Below the pieces are notes generated by a model. The model saw only the letters and a program-made list of their open reading frames with translations. It had not been told where the DNA came from and ran no database searches. This document shows, piece after piece, positions 13,643 through 25,667 of a stretch of DNA of 64,000 nt. The position numbers and the translations under genes were made by a program. Where the stretch lies: NCBI GenBank assembly GCA_951406725.2, contig OX597829.1:41230001-41294000 (forward strand), given 5' to 3'. Numbering within the stretch: position 1 is the first letter of the stretch; every line of letters begins with the position of its first letter. Source of the stretch: Octopus vulgaris. Lineage: Eukaryota.

Positions 13643-15583
13643 TGTGTGTGTGTTATATATCACACACACACACACGTGTGTGTAAATAAAAAAGTTAGCA
13701 ATAATAGGATGGTGTTGCTAAAAACAGAATTGCTTTATAATATATATTGTACCCGAGTTACAAAGGCACTTCCTTGTTATTCTCTGTATTAAAAATTTAA
13801 TGAACTGATGGTTGACTGTTGCATACCTGCTACCAACAGAACTATTGTCTGCAAAATGCTTGATATAAATTGAGAGAAAAAGAAACGCTGATATTTGTTT
13901 TGTATCAGTAGCATTTAATGTTTGTATTTATACATGTAGTTAGCACGCCGGGCGAAATGCGTAGTTGTATTTCGTCTGCCTTTACGTTCTAAGTTCAAAT
14001 TCCACCAAGGTCGACATTGCCTTTCATCCTTTCGGGGTCGATAAATTGAGTACCAGTTACGCACTGGGGTCGATGTAATCGACTTAATCCGTGTGTCTGT
14101 CCTTGTTTGTCCCCTCTGTGTTTAGCCCCTTGTGGGTAGTAAAGAAATATAATATGTTATCTTATTGTAGGCGAAACTCCAGAGACTACATCATTTCTCA
14201 CATTGCTCTCGACCTGGGATAAAGATGAGCTTGGGCAGAAGCTTGGACAGCGAGTCGAGTTCTCCAAGCGTGCCATTGGCCGGCTACTGCAAGCGTTCGA
14301 CCGATTGGTGTTGCGCAACGAGCGACTACAGCGTGCACTTCGGGAGCACGTCCTTGCATCGGCAACTGACTCAATGGCCGACGACGAGAAACCGCCAGCT
14401 CCACCTCCACCACCTCCACCGCCGCCACCACCATCATCGGAGACATCAGCGACAGGTGGCAATGATGCTGTGGATATGAAAAAGCCCAAGCTGGAACCAG
14501 GTATGGGGATCTTACCTACCCTCCCACACATCATCTCTTTTATCTCTATCCTGCTGCTCTTCACCCTGCTATATTGCCAATCACCCACTTCCCAACTTAT
14601 ATCTACCATTGAGTACCCTTCCACCACTACATTCACCCCTATACCTTTCCCATCTACACTTACCAACCTTCTCTCCAACTCATACTTTACTTTTGACATC
14701 CATCCTGCCATTAACACTTTTCTGTCAGTCTGTACATTTGCACCCTACACCATTTCTTACCATCTCTCACTCTCCATACACTCTGGCTAACTCTATCCGG
14801 CCTCCCTTTCCAGCCTTACCTAACACCACCATCTTAATTTTATTTTTTTAACTTCACTGATTACTCCTACCCATTCTTGTACAACGGAAGCAGACATGTA
14901 TCTCTTCTACAGCAAAAAATCTGTTCCGGCCCCTTCCTTTGACTTTGCTCTGACTTTTCATTACCTAGCTTAAAACTTCTTCCTTTTACTGTAGCCTTGT
15001 CCAGCCATTGAGGATCTTAATCTTGCAAGCTACATAACCTCACAAGTACCCTGGAAAAAAACCCACCCAGTTACATTATGTAAAATGGTTGGTGTTAAGA
15101 GGGGCATCAAACCATAGGAATCATGCGAAAGCTGACACTGGAGCATGACATCAGGCAGATAGATGTTAAGAGATGATTAAGCTGATGATATATCCATGTT
15201 TGTGTGTATGTGCACATGTGTGCATGCATGTGTGTGATAGGCATTCAGACAGCAATAACAAGGTCTATTATCACTGTGTCTTGGGTGGCTTTCTGCTACA
15301 TTCACCATTGAACTGGCCCAAATTTAACAATAATCTAGAATTGGGTTCATGCAAGGCAGATCTATGACATCCTTGATGATCTTTGCATGTTTCCATGTTG
15401 CCTTCTAACAAGAGAAGCACTAGTCAATGTACCAAACTGTTTGAAGTATTGGTTTATAAAATTACAGAAATTAAGACAGTGAAATATTAGAAAAATGTTT
15501 CCAGTAGTAGTAGTGAAAAGGGTAAAGACCCCCTTTGGTCATGAATGACCATGGGATTCCACCAAGAAGGTTACCCTCCAAGG

Positions 15584-15616
<33 letters not shown>

Positions 15617-15833
15617 ACTCAACCCTGTCGGTTACAAGTGACCATGAGTGCACCTAAGAGATTTTTCTTCGGGGTACAAGTCTGGACAGAAAGTTGCCTC
15701 ACTGGCAAACATACAACCTAGAGTTGTTGCTTTTTTTTTATTGAAGACTAGCAGTCACCAATGTTACCCATGGGCAAGGGGAAAGGCCAATACAGCTTGG
15801 CACCTGTGATGTCACAACTCATTTTGACAGCTG

Positions 15834-15896
<63 letters not shown>

Positions 15897-18800
15897 CAAA
15901 TAAGAAAATGGAGAAATAAATTTAGTTAGTTCATCAACTTTCGGATATTAGAATGTTGGATTATTTATTCATTTAACAAAATGAGAACATCAATAGCATA
16001 CATATATATCTTATAATTCAATACATATAAGATAAGAATACAAATTATAAAAGTCATAATATAAAATCTGCCTGGAAAAGTTCGTTTGAAGTGACCAAGC
16101 ACTATAGGAACAAACGAAATTTCTGAAATTTTTTCTAAACAAATATAGGGATGGTATTATTAAAACACCAACACTGGTGGTAAGCGAATTATCAGCCGTA
16201 CAGGCAAATTAATAAAATATGTACATACAATATTAGATATGTACATATATACACAAGGGCACTACATGAGTACTGATATTAATTTTTTTGACTTCTATTT
16301 TTAGCGATATAGGTACTCATGTAGTACCCTTGTGTATATATGTACATGTCTAATATTGTATGTATATATTTTATTAATTTGCCTGTACGGTTAATAATTC
16401 GCTTACTACTCGTGTTGGTATTTTAATAATACCATCCCTATATTTTTATATATATATACATACACACACACACACACACGTATATACTGACAGGGGAGGT
16501 AACTGCCCCATGATCGTCTTGAGGATCAATCATATTAGGCCTCGTTTCACCTGTATATATATATCATCATCATCGTTTAACGTCCGCTTTCCATGCTAGC
16601 ATGGGTTGGACGGTTCAACTGGGGTCTGGCAAGCCCGAAGGCTACACCAGGCCAGTCAGATCTGGCAGTGTTTCTACAGCTGGATGCCCTTCCTAACGCC
16701 AACCACTCCGAGAGTGTAGTGGGTGATTTTATGTGCCACCGACACAGGTGGCAGACGGCCACGCTCGGATGGTGTTTTTTATGTGCCACCGACACAGGTG
16801 CCAGACGAGGCTGGCAGACGGCCACGCTCGGATGGTGTTTTTTATGTGCCACCGATACAGGTGCCAGACGAGGCTGGCAGACGGCCACACTCGGATATGG
16901 TGTTTTCGGTGTTTTTCTTATGTGCCACCGACACAGGTGCCAGATGAGGCATATATATATATATATATATAAATGTAGGCATAGCTTCCTAGGGTTTCTG
17001 GTTCAGTCCCACTGCATGGCATCTTGACCAAAGCCTTGTAAAAATTTTTATTGTGCATGTTTGTATGTGAGTATATATATTTATATGTACACACTCATTC
17101 GTGTGTGTATCTATTGTATTTTTTTTTGCTTTGTTGGCAGTGAGTTCTTCAGCTAGATATGAAAGTATGTTGACAAGGGTTAATTTGTTGATTAATCTCT
17201 TTGTAGTTTGCAATTTGATTTCATTTTAAACCGTTTTATTTTCGTTATCTTCATTTATCATAGTTTTACATTTATATGTTCCTTTGTTTGAGATTGAACT
17301 CACACTATTTTATTATAGATTACAGTTTCAAATATTCATTTCCACCAAACCATCCTCATCTTCGTCTACTAGAGAACAAAGGCTTGAGTATTAGTAAAAA
17401 GAAACCAGTATTATTGCTAATGTATTGTAGAACTGGAGCCATATACCAGCAAGCCGAGTTCAAAAGTCGGTTTTAGTTGGTCATAGTTATAAGTTATTTC
17501 CATTCACTTACATTTCTAAAACCATTATGAAAAGCATTAATGTATTTTAACATGTATAAGAAACACCCTAATTTTGGAAGCTTGAAATTTGCAATAATGG
17601 TTTTGTAAGGAATTATAATATTCATGTATAAGAAACCCCCATATTTTTTAACCTAATTTTTGACAAAAAATTGTTCAGTCCCACTGCGTGGCAACTTGGG
17701 CAAGGGTCTTCTACTATAGCCTCGGGCCAACCAAAGCCTTGTGAGTGGATTTGGTAGACGGAAACTGAAAGAAGCCCGTCATATATATGTTTGTGTTTGT
17801 CCCCCCCAACATCGCTTGACAACCGATGCTGGTGTGTTTATGTCCCCGTAACTTAGTGGTTCAGCAAAAGAGACCGATCGAATAAGTACTAGGCTTACAA
17901 AGAAGAAGTCTTGGGATCGATTTGCTCAGCTAAAGGCAGTGCTTCAGCATGGCCGCAGTCAAATGACTGAAACAAATAAAAGTATAAAAAGAAGAGGTTA
18001 AAATACGGTAATTTACTCTCCCTCGTAAATTGTATTTGGTTAAAAATAGATCAATTCTGTTACAGATGCAACCGGTACTACAAGAGGGGACAGTGTTGAT
18101 ACAAAACCAGACTACCTGGACACAGTTGTGAAGAAGGAACCGGGTGCATCTGATTCAGTGCATGATGACAACAATGCCAGTGATACAAATGATTGCAAAC
18201 TACATTCAGACTCAGTCGATGTGAAAGTACCTGTAGGATGCACAACAAATCCAAGCCTTATCGATATACTGCATATGGATCTAGCTGATGCACTGCAGCA
18301 AAACAAGCAGCTGCATCAGTTGGTGACACAACTGCATCAGCGGCATCACGAGAACACTTTAAAGGTTTGTGTTTACTTAATTTATGTGTGTGTCATCATC
18401 ATCATCATCGTTTAACGTCCGCTTTCCATGCTAGCATGGGTTGGACGATTTTGACTGAGGGCTGGCAAACCAGATGGCTGCAACAGGTTCCAATCTTGAT
18501 CCGGCAGTGTTTCTACAGCTGAATGCCCTTCCTAATGCCAACCACTCCGAGAGTGTAGTGGGTGCTTTTTTTACGTGCCACCGGCACGAGGGTCAGTCAG
18601 GTGGTACTGGCGACAACCTCGCTCGAATCTTTTTACACATGCTACCTGCTCGGGTGCCAGTAAGGCGACATTGGTGACAATCACACTCGAATGGTGCCCT
18701 TTTATGTGCCACCGGCATGGAAGCCTGTTGGCTGCTCTGGTAACGATCACGCTCAGATGGTGCTCTTGGCACCCTACTAGCACGAGCACAAGTGCCAGTA

Positions 18801-19796
18801 AGGCGAGGCTGGTAATGATTACACTCGAGTGGTGCCTTTTATGTGCCACTGGCATGGAAGCCAGTTAGCCACTCTGTCAATGATCACGCTCGTATGGTGC
18901 TCTTTGCACCCCACAAGCACGGATGCCAGTCATCGAATGTGATTTTGATTTCACTTGCCTCAACAGGTCTTCGTAAGTGTGTGTGTATTACCTTATAAGG
19001 TAATGCTTATAATAATATTAACTAACTAGCACTGTGTCGGTTGCAACGATAAGGGTTCAGTTGATTCAATCAACGGAACAGCCTGCTCATGAAATTAACA
19101 TGCAAGTGGCTGAGCACTCCACAGACACGTGTGCCCTTAACATAGATTTTGGGGAGATTCAGCTTGACACAGAGTGTGACAAGGCTGGCCCTTTGAAATG
19201 CAGGTACTACTCATTTTTGCTGGTTGAGTGAACTGGTGCTATGTGAAATAAAGTGTCTTGTTCAAAATCATTGTGTATATATTTGTATGCTCATTGACAA
19301 GTTAGTGAGTTTTGTAGATGCTGTATGTATTCAGAGTCATACGTATTAGCATATTAAAAGATTTTTTTCTCTTGTTTCTATTTTAGGCATCTGAATTGCA
19401 AGATACAGTGACGGCTGCAGAGACTTGCAATGCTGAACTGCGAAACAAAGTCGACGATTTGGAATATGATTATGAAAAAGCAGATCAGCGTGCCAGGAAG
19501 TTAGACCGACGACTAGCTGACAGTCTGCAGAAGTTGCGGGGCTACGAAGAAGACCCAGTGGTGCATGAAGGTGGCCGTACAATCTCGGGTGTTTCAAAGA
19601 ATAAGGTGAGGGTAAAAAAAAAATATACGTAAAGGTACATGGGTACAGGTGTTGCTGTGTGGTAAGAAGCTTGCTTCCCAGGCACATTGTTCCACATCCT
19701 GCTGCATCGTGCCTTGGGCTAGTGTCTTCTTCTATAGCCTCGGTTCCACCAAAGCCTTGTGTGTGGATTTGATAGTTTGATAGATGGAAACTTGTC

Positions 19797-19827
<31 letters not shown>

Positions 19828-20270
19828 TATATATACACATATATATATACATATATATATACATATATATATATATGTGCATATATCAATGTGTCTGTGT
19901 TTGTCCCCCCACCACTGCTTGACAACTGGAGTTGGTGTGTTTACATCCCTTAACTTAACAGTTCAGCAAAAGTGGGTAATGGAATAAGTACCATACTTTG
20001 CAAAATAAGACCTGCGGTCGATTTGTTTGACTAAAATCCTTCAAAGTGGTGTCTCAGCATCGTTGCAGTCAAATGCTGAAACAAGTAAAAGAGATAGAAT
20101 ATTTTCAAATTTTCTGGAATATCAGTTGATATGATTCTATTTAGAAACATTGAACTACTTAGATACAACTAGAAAGTTGCTTATAAAGCTGTTTTAGCTC
20201 AAAGAATTCTTGTTTCCTATCCAAATATGTGTAGCTAAAGTGCATTGTCCAAAGCAATATTCCCCCCCCC

Positions 20271-20301
<31 letters not shown>

Positions 20302-23300
20302 TATTTTACCATTGTTTTTTTCTTTTGACTTCATTAGGGTCATTAGGTTTAATTTTACATTATTTACATTTGATGGATATTTGTCCTCATCTTGTTTGTT
20401 GTTAACACAAACATTTCTGCTGATATACCCTCCAACCTTCTTCATCAGGTGTCTTGGGGGAATTTCAAACCTGGGTTCTCATTCCTAAGGTATTTTTCGA
20501 TATTATTATTATTATTATTATTCAGGTCACTGGTTGGAATCGAACTCGGAATCTTGGGGTTAGTAGCCCGCACTCTTAACCACTATCCCATATGCCCGTG
20601 GGCATGGTGGTTAAGAGTGCGGGCTACTAACTCCAAGATTCTGAGCTCAATTCCAGGTGGTGACCTGAATAATAATAGTAGTAGTAGTAGCAGCAGCAGC
20701 AGCAGCACATTCATCCATCCGTCGATGCTCTCGGTATCGGGGATTGACCTGTTCTCTCTTCTGCGGGTCTTACGAATAGCAAAGGACCACGTTTCGGACT
20801 TCTCCCACTACAGTGGGACGAAGACCGCTTTGTTCAACAAACAAACAAACAAACAAAGCAACAGCAACAACAACATTGATAAATAGCTTAGGGGTTATTT
20901 TGTCATGGACGTTACTAACGTTTATATTACTCATTTGTGAAATATGTTCTCATTTTTTTTTATTACTCATTTAACCTTTATACCGTTATTTATTTTTGCA
21001 AATATCTCAGTAATGTTAACTCTAAATGTAATAAAATTCTAGTTTTTAAAGTCAACGCTACGTAATACCACATACCTACATAACGAAATACCTATTAAAC
21101 GTTAATGTTTACATACCAGCTCCGGGAATGCGTTTAATATGTAAATTGGTATATCCAATAACTTAACACTGCTGTATGTGCTGGCTACATAAGCAGTGTG
21201 TTTGGAGACAAGAATGGGTTAGATGGGTGGTGGTGGTGATGAAGGGGCAAAACCCCTCACATCTGACATCTCCATATGAAACGTAGCAAAAATGCTGGCT
21301 ATAATTTCTATAGAACATCTGTAGAAATAACTTTACAAAATATTATATTTAGAGTTGATGATAAATAATCACACTCACCCTAACTGGCAAAATCCTTAGT
21401 AACATAATGTGCTGAGGTCAACTTTACTTTTCATCCTTTCAGGGCCAATAAAATAAGTACCAGTTGAGCATTGGGGTTGATTTAAGTGACTTACAACCTC
21501 CCCCAAAATTGCTGGCCTTGTGCCAACAATTTGAAGCCATTGTTGATCTTAAAACTTCCCTCTCCTCAATTGTAATACCAATTCCACCACTAACCTTTAA
21601 AGCCTATTTCTTTTTCTTTTTTTTAATCCTACATCTCTGCCACCACCCTAACAAACAGTTTGATGAGATCAGTGCAGAATTGGAAGAGCAACGGGAATTT
21701 GCCACAACTCGACTCAGTGAATTGGAGAAACTCAGCAAAGACCACCATGAAGCATTGAAGGAGATTGAACAGCTGCGTATGGATGTAAGTATGATGGAAT
21801 GAGAGTAAAGGCTAATAAATGATCACCGTGCTTTGACTAAGGCAAAGAATCTAATTTTGGGGCATATAAGAAAAATTAGATCCTTTCAGCTCGGAGGCGA
21901 GCAACAAGCTGGCCTCGAGCCAATGGCACATTAAAAACACCATTCGAGTGTGATCATTACCTGCGTTGCCTTACTAGCACTTGTGCTGGTGGCATGTGAA
22001 AAAAACATTCGAGTGAGGTCGTTGCCAGTGCCACTGGACTGGCTCCTGTGCAGGTGGCACATAAAGCGCACCATTTGAACGTGGCCATTGCCAGTACCAC
22101 CTGACTGGCCCTCATGCCGGTGGCACATAAAAGCACCCACTACACTCTCAGAGTTGGCGTTAGGAAGGGCATCCAGCTGTAGAAACTCTGCCAGATTAGA
22201 TTGGAACATGGCGCAGCCATCTGGTTCGCTAGGCCTCAGTCAAATCGTCCAACCCATGCTAGCATGGAAAGCGGAAGTTAAACAATGCTGATGATGATGA
22301 TTTGTTTGTTTGTTGTTGTTTGCTCTCGGGTCATCTCTGGTGGAGTAGACCTAAGGCATGCAGGTAGAATGGTGTGGGTTGTTTTACAGATCTGTTATTC
22401 CAAAATACGCCTTAATCTATAAACTATACTGTGCACATCAATGAGCAGCGATAAATCATAAGTCATGCAATGTGACAGTCTGAACATGTATTGTGCAGTC
22501 ATGTTGTATCATCATCATCATCATCATCATACGTCCGTTTTCCATGCTAGCATGGGTTGGACAGTTCGACCGGGGTCTGGTAAGCCATGGAGGCTGCACC
22601 AGGCTCCAGTCTGATTTGGCAGTGCTTCTACAGCTGGATGCCCTTCCTAACGCCAACCACTCCGTGAGTGTAGTGGGTGTTTTTACATTCCACCGGCACG
22701 AGGGCCAGAGCAGGCTGGCACACGGCCACGATCGGTTAGTGCTTTTATGTGTCACTGACATGGACGCCAGTATAACATGGAAAAAAAAAAAAAAATTGAG
22801 CTCTTTGAAGTGGCTCAGCATAAATATAATTAATTTCTTTTTGAGCAAACATTTCAACTATGATCATCCCATTTGCTCCTGTATATTAAATCCTACCTAA
22901 ATCCAGATTTACTGCTGAATTTATTTTAATTTTCAATTGCTCAGGATTTTAAATTCTTCATTATATTATTGTAGTTTGCTTAATGTTGTATTTAGGTTAT
23001 ATTGAATGTATTTCATGGTGATAAGAATTTATTTGCTTCTTTAGACATTTAGCTACAATACAAGCACATCCACTGAGCATTTGTAACAAATAGCTGTAAT
23101 TTAAAAATTTGTCTGCTATTTCTACCAGATAGTCTCCCTTGTTGGTTTTATAAGTTCCATGTCTTTTTATGTAGTAAAATAATTAATTTGTTTATTAAAC
23201 TGAGTTTTGGGGCTTAAGTTAATAATAAAATTATGATGGAAGGTTTTAATTTAAATATTTAATTTGAACATAAGCATTTACAAGAGAAGGCTTAATCTTC

Positions 23301-25635
23301 AGTGTATGCAAAAGAACTAAAGATAAATGTGTGTATCATAATAAAATAATTAATTTGTTTGTTATTAAACTGAGTTTTGGGACTTAAGTTAATACTGGTT
23401 TCTTACATAAAATTACGATGAAAGGTTTTAATTTAAATTTGAGAAAGCTTCAGGGTATGCTAAAAATCTAAAGATAAATGTATGCATGTGTGTGAAGTTT
23501 ATAATACGTATGAGCTTTCTAATTGTGTTTTAGTTACAACATTTGCCAGAGCATGTCATTATGGACAGCAGTGAGTACAAGTGTTTACAGTCCCAGTTCT
23601 CTGTACTCTATAATGAGAGTATGCAGCTGAAGACTCAACATGAAGAGACACGTAACTTGTTGCAAACGAGTAAGATTGGACATCTACGCCATATAGAACA
23701 GATGGAGGTAAGACTAAAAAAAAATAACCGTTTCCTCTCATACCCTGTGCTAGATTTTGAGTTCAAATTCCTCTGGTGTCAGCTTTATATTTTCATCCTC
23801 TTAGAGCTAGTAAAATAAAGTGCCAGTTAGATTATGTCTGTTGACTACTTCCACAAAATGTGTCTTGAACAAATGTTATAAATCAATGTGGCAAAATCGT
23901 AACTGCATCAAACAAATTGCCTTGCTGGGTTCGTTTTGAATCTTTATGATTTAAGTTCCTAACGCCAACCACTCCGAGAGTGTAGTGGGTGTTTTTTACG
24001 GTGGCACGTAAAAAGCACCCACTACACTCTCGGAGTGGTTGGCCTTAGGAAGGGCAATCCAGCTTTAGAAACTCTGCCAGATCAAGATTGGAGCCTGGTG
24101 CGGCCGTCTGGTTCGCCAGCCCTCAGTCAAAATCGTCCAACCCATGCTAGCATAGAAAGCAGATGTTAAACGATGATGATGTAGTAGGGTGGCATTTGCT
24201 GCAACAGCACATCGCAGTATCCACCATTTGTTGGTGATTTGCTACTGCTGGCTGACAAAGCCTTTGCACTACAACCGCCTTCTGAGATTACTGGCATAAA
24301 TTATTAGTCAAGTACTGGCTTCAATGCAATCAAATATTCTCTCTTGTCACTTTGGTCTTTTACGTTTGTAAGAAATTATTATTAGAACGCTGATTGATAA
24401 ATCAACAGGTGAAATAGCTTTTCATGTTTATTTTAGATCTGTCCTTCTAAATTCTGAATTCAAAACCCCATAGGGGTCTGTGTTACTTTCATGCTTCTAG
24501 GTTTGGGGAACTATGTACCAGTAATATATTAGGATCAGTTACATTACCTACACCACTGCCTCCTAAATTTGTCCTATTTGTGGCATTGTGAGGAATTACC
24601 TATATATTATTGTTAGTATTGATATCTCTGAAGGTGGCAACCTGGTAGAATTGTTACCGCACTAGACAAAAGGCTTAGTGGTTTTCATCTACCTTTACAT
24701 TCTGAGTTCAAACTTTGCCAAGGTCAACTTTACCGTTCATCCTTTCATGGGGTCGATAATATAAGTACCAGTAAAACACTGGGGTTAATGTAATCAACTA
24801 GTCCCTTCCCCGAAAATTTCAGGCCTTGTGCATATAGTAGAAAGGATTACTATTGATATCAGACAGAGTAGAATAGGTTAGCTTTTCTACCCAGCCATCT
24901 CCTGTGAACCATTCTATTCAAACCTGCATGAAAGATGGACGTTAAACGATGATGATGATAATCTCTCAATGGAGAATTGCTACTGATCTCCATGTGTGTG
25001 TGTGAATGTGGGTATATTACTGGTATTTGAATAAATCCTTCCTAATGCCCTCCGTATCAATACCTTTTTACTCTAGAGTGATGAACTCACCTGTCAGAAG
25101 AAGCTACGCACTGAGTTAATTCAGCTGGAAGACACACTGGCACAGGTACGCAAAGAATATGAAATGCTACGTATAGAGTTTGAACAGACACTGGCTGCTA
25201 ATGAACAGACTGGTAAGTTTTTGAGGATTCTTTTTTTTTGTTTTGTTCTGTTTTTGTTTTTGTTTTCTAATGGCTGTTTGGTTAGGAGTTTGCTTCCCAG
25301 CTACATGGTTCTGGGTTCAGTCACACTGCATGGCAACTTGGGCTATAATGTCTTCTGCTATGGCTGACCAAGGCCTTGCGAGTGGATTTGGTGGACAGAA
25401 ACTGAAAGAAGCCTGTCGTCCTTGTGTGTGTGTTTGTGATAATTGTTATACGGCCGTTGCCAGCCTCCCCTGGCACAAAAAAGGCACCCACTACACTCAC
25501 GGAGTGGTTGGCATTAGGAAGGGCATCAAGCTGTAGAAACACTGCCAGTTCAGACTGGAGCCTGGTGCAGCCTCTTGGCTTCCCAGACCCCGGTTGAACC
25601 ATCCAACCCATGCTAGCATGGAAAACAGATGTTAA

Positions 25636-25667
<32 letters not shown>

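Noticed and set aside
14157-14717. 186-aa minus-strand ORF with poly-Gly
   Set aside because: Antisense shadow of Bre1 exon 4 (poly-Pro codons).
14501-14790. In-frame extension of exon 4 with a hydrophobic stretch
   Set aside because: A good donor at 14501 matches the phase of exon 5; the extension is pyrimidine-rich intronic sequence with no sign of coding.
16720-16950. CRISPR-like regular repeats (also 39030-39345)
   Set aside because: Tandem units have no unique spacers, the context is eukaryotic, and there are no cas genes.
20603-20668. tRNA gene
   Set aside because: A/B boxes and an anticodon-like arm are present but there is no convincing acceptor stem, and it belongs to a repeat; treated as a SINE head. 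The same applies to 55526-55600.
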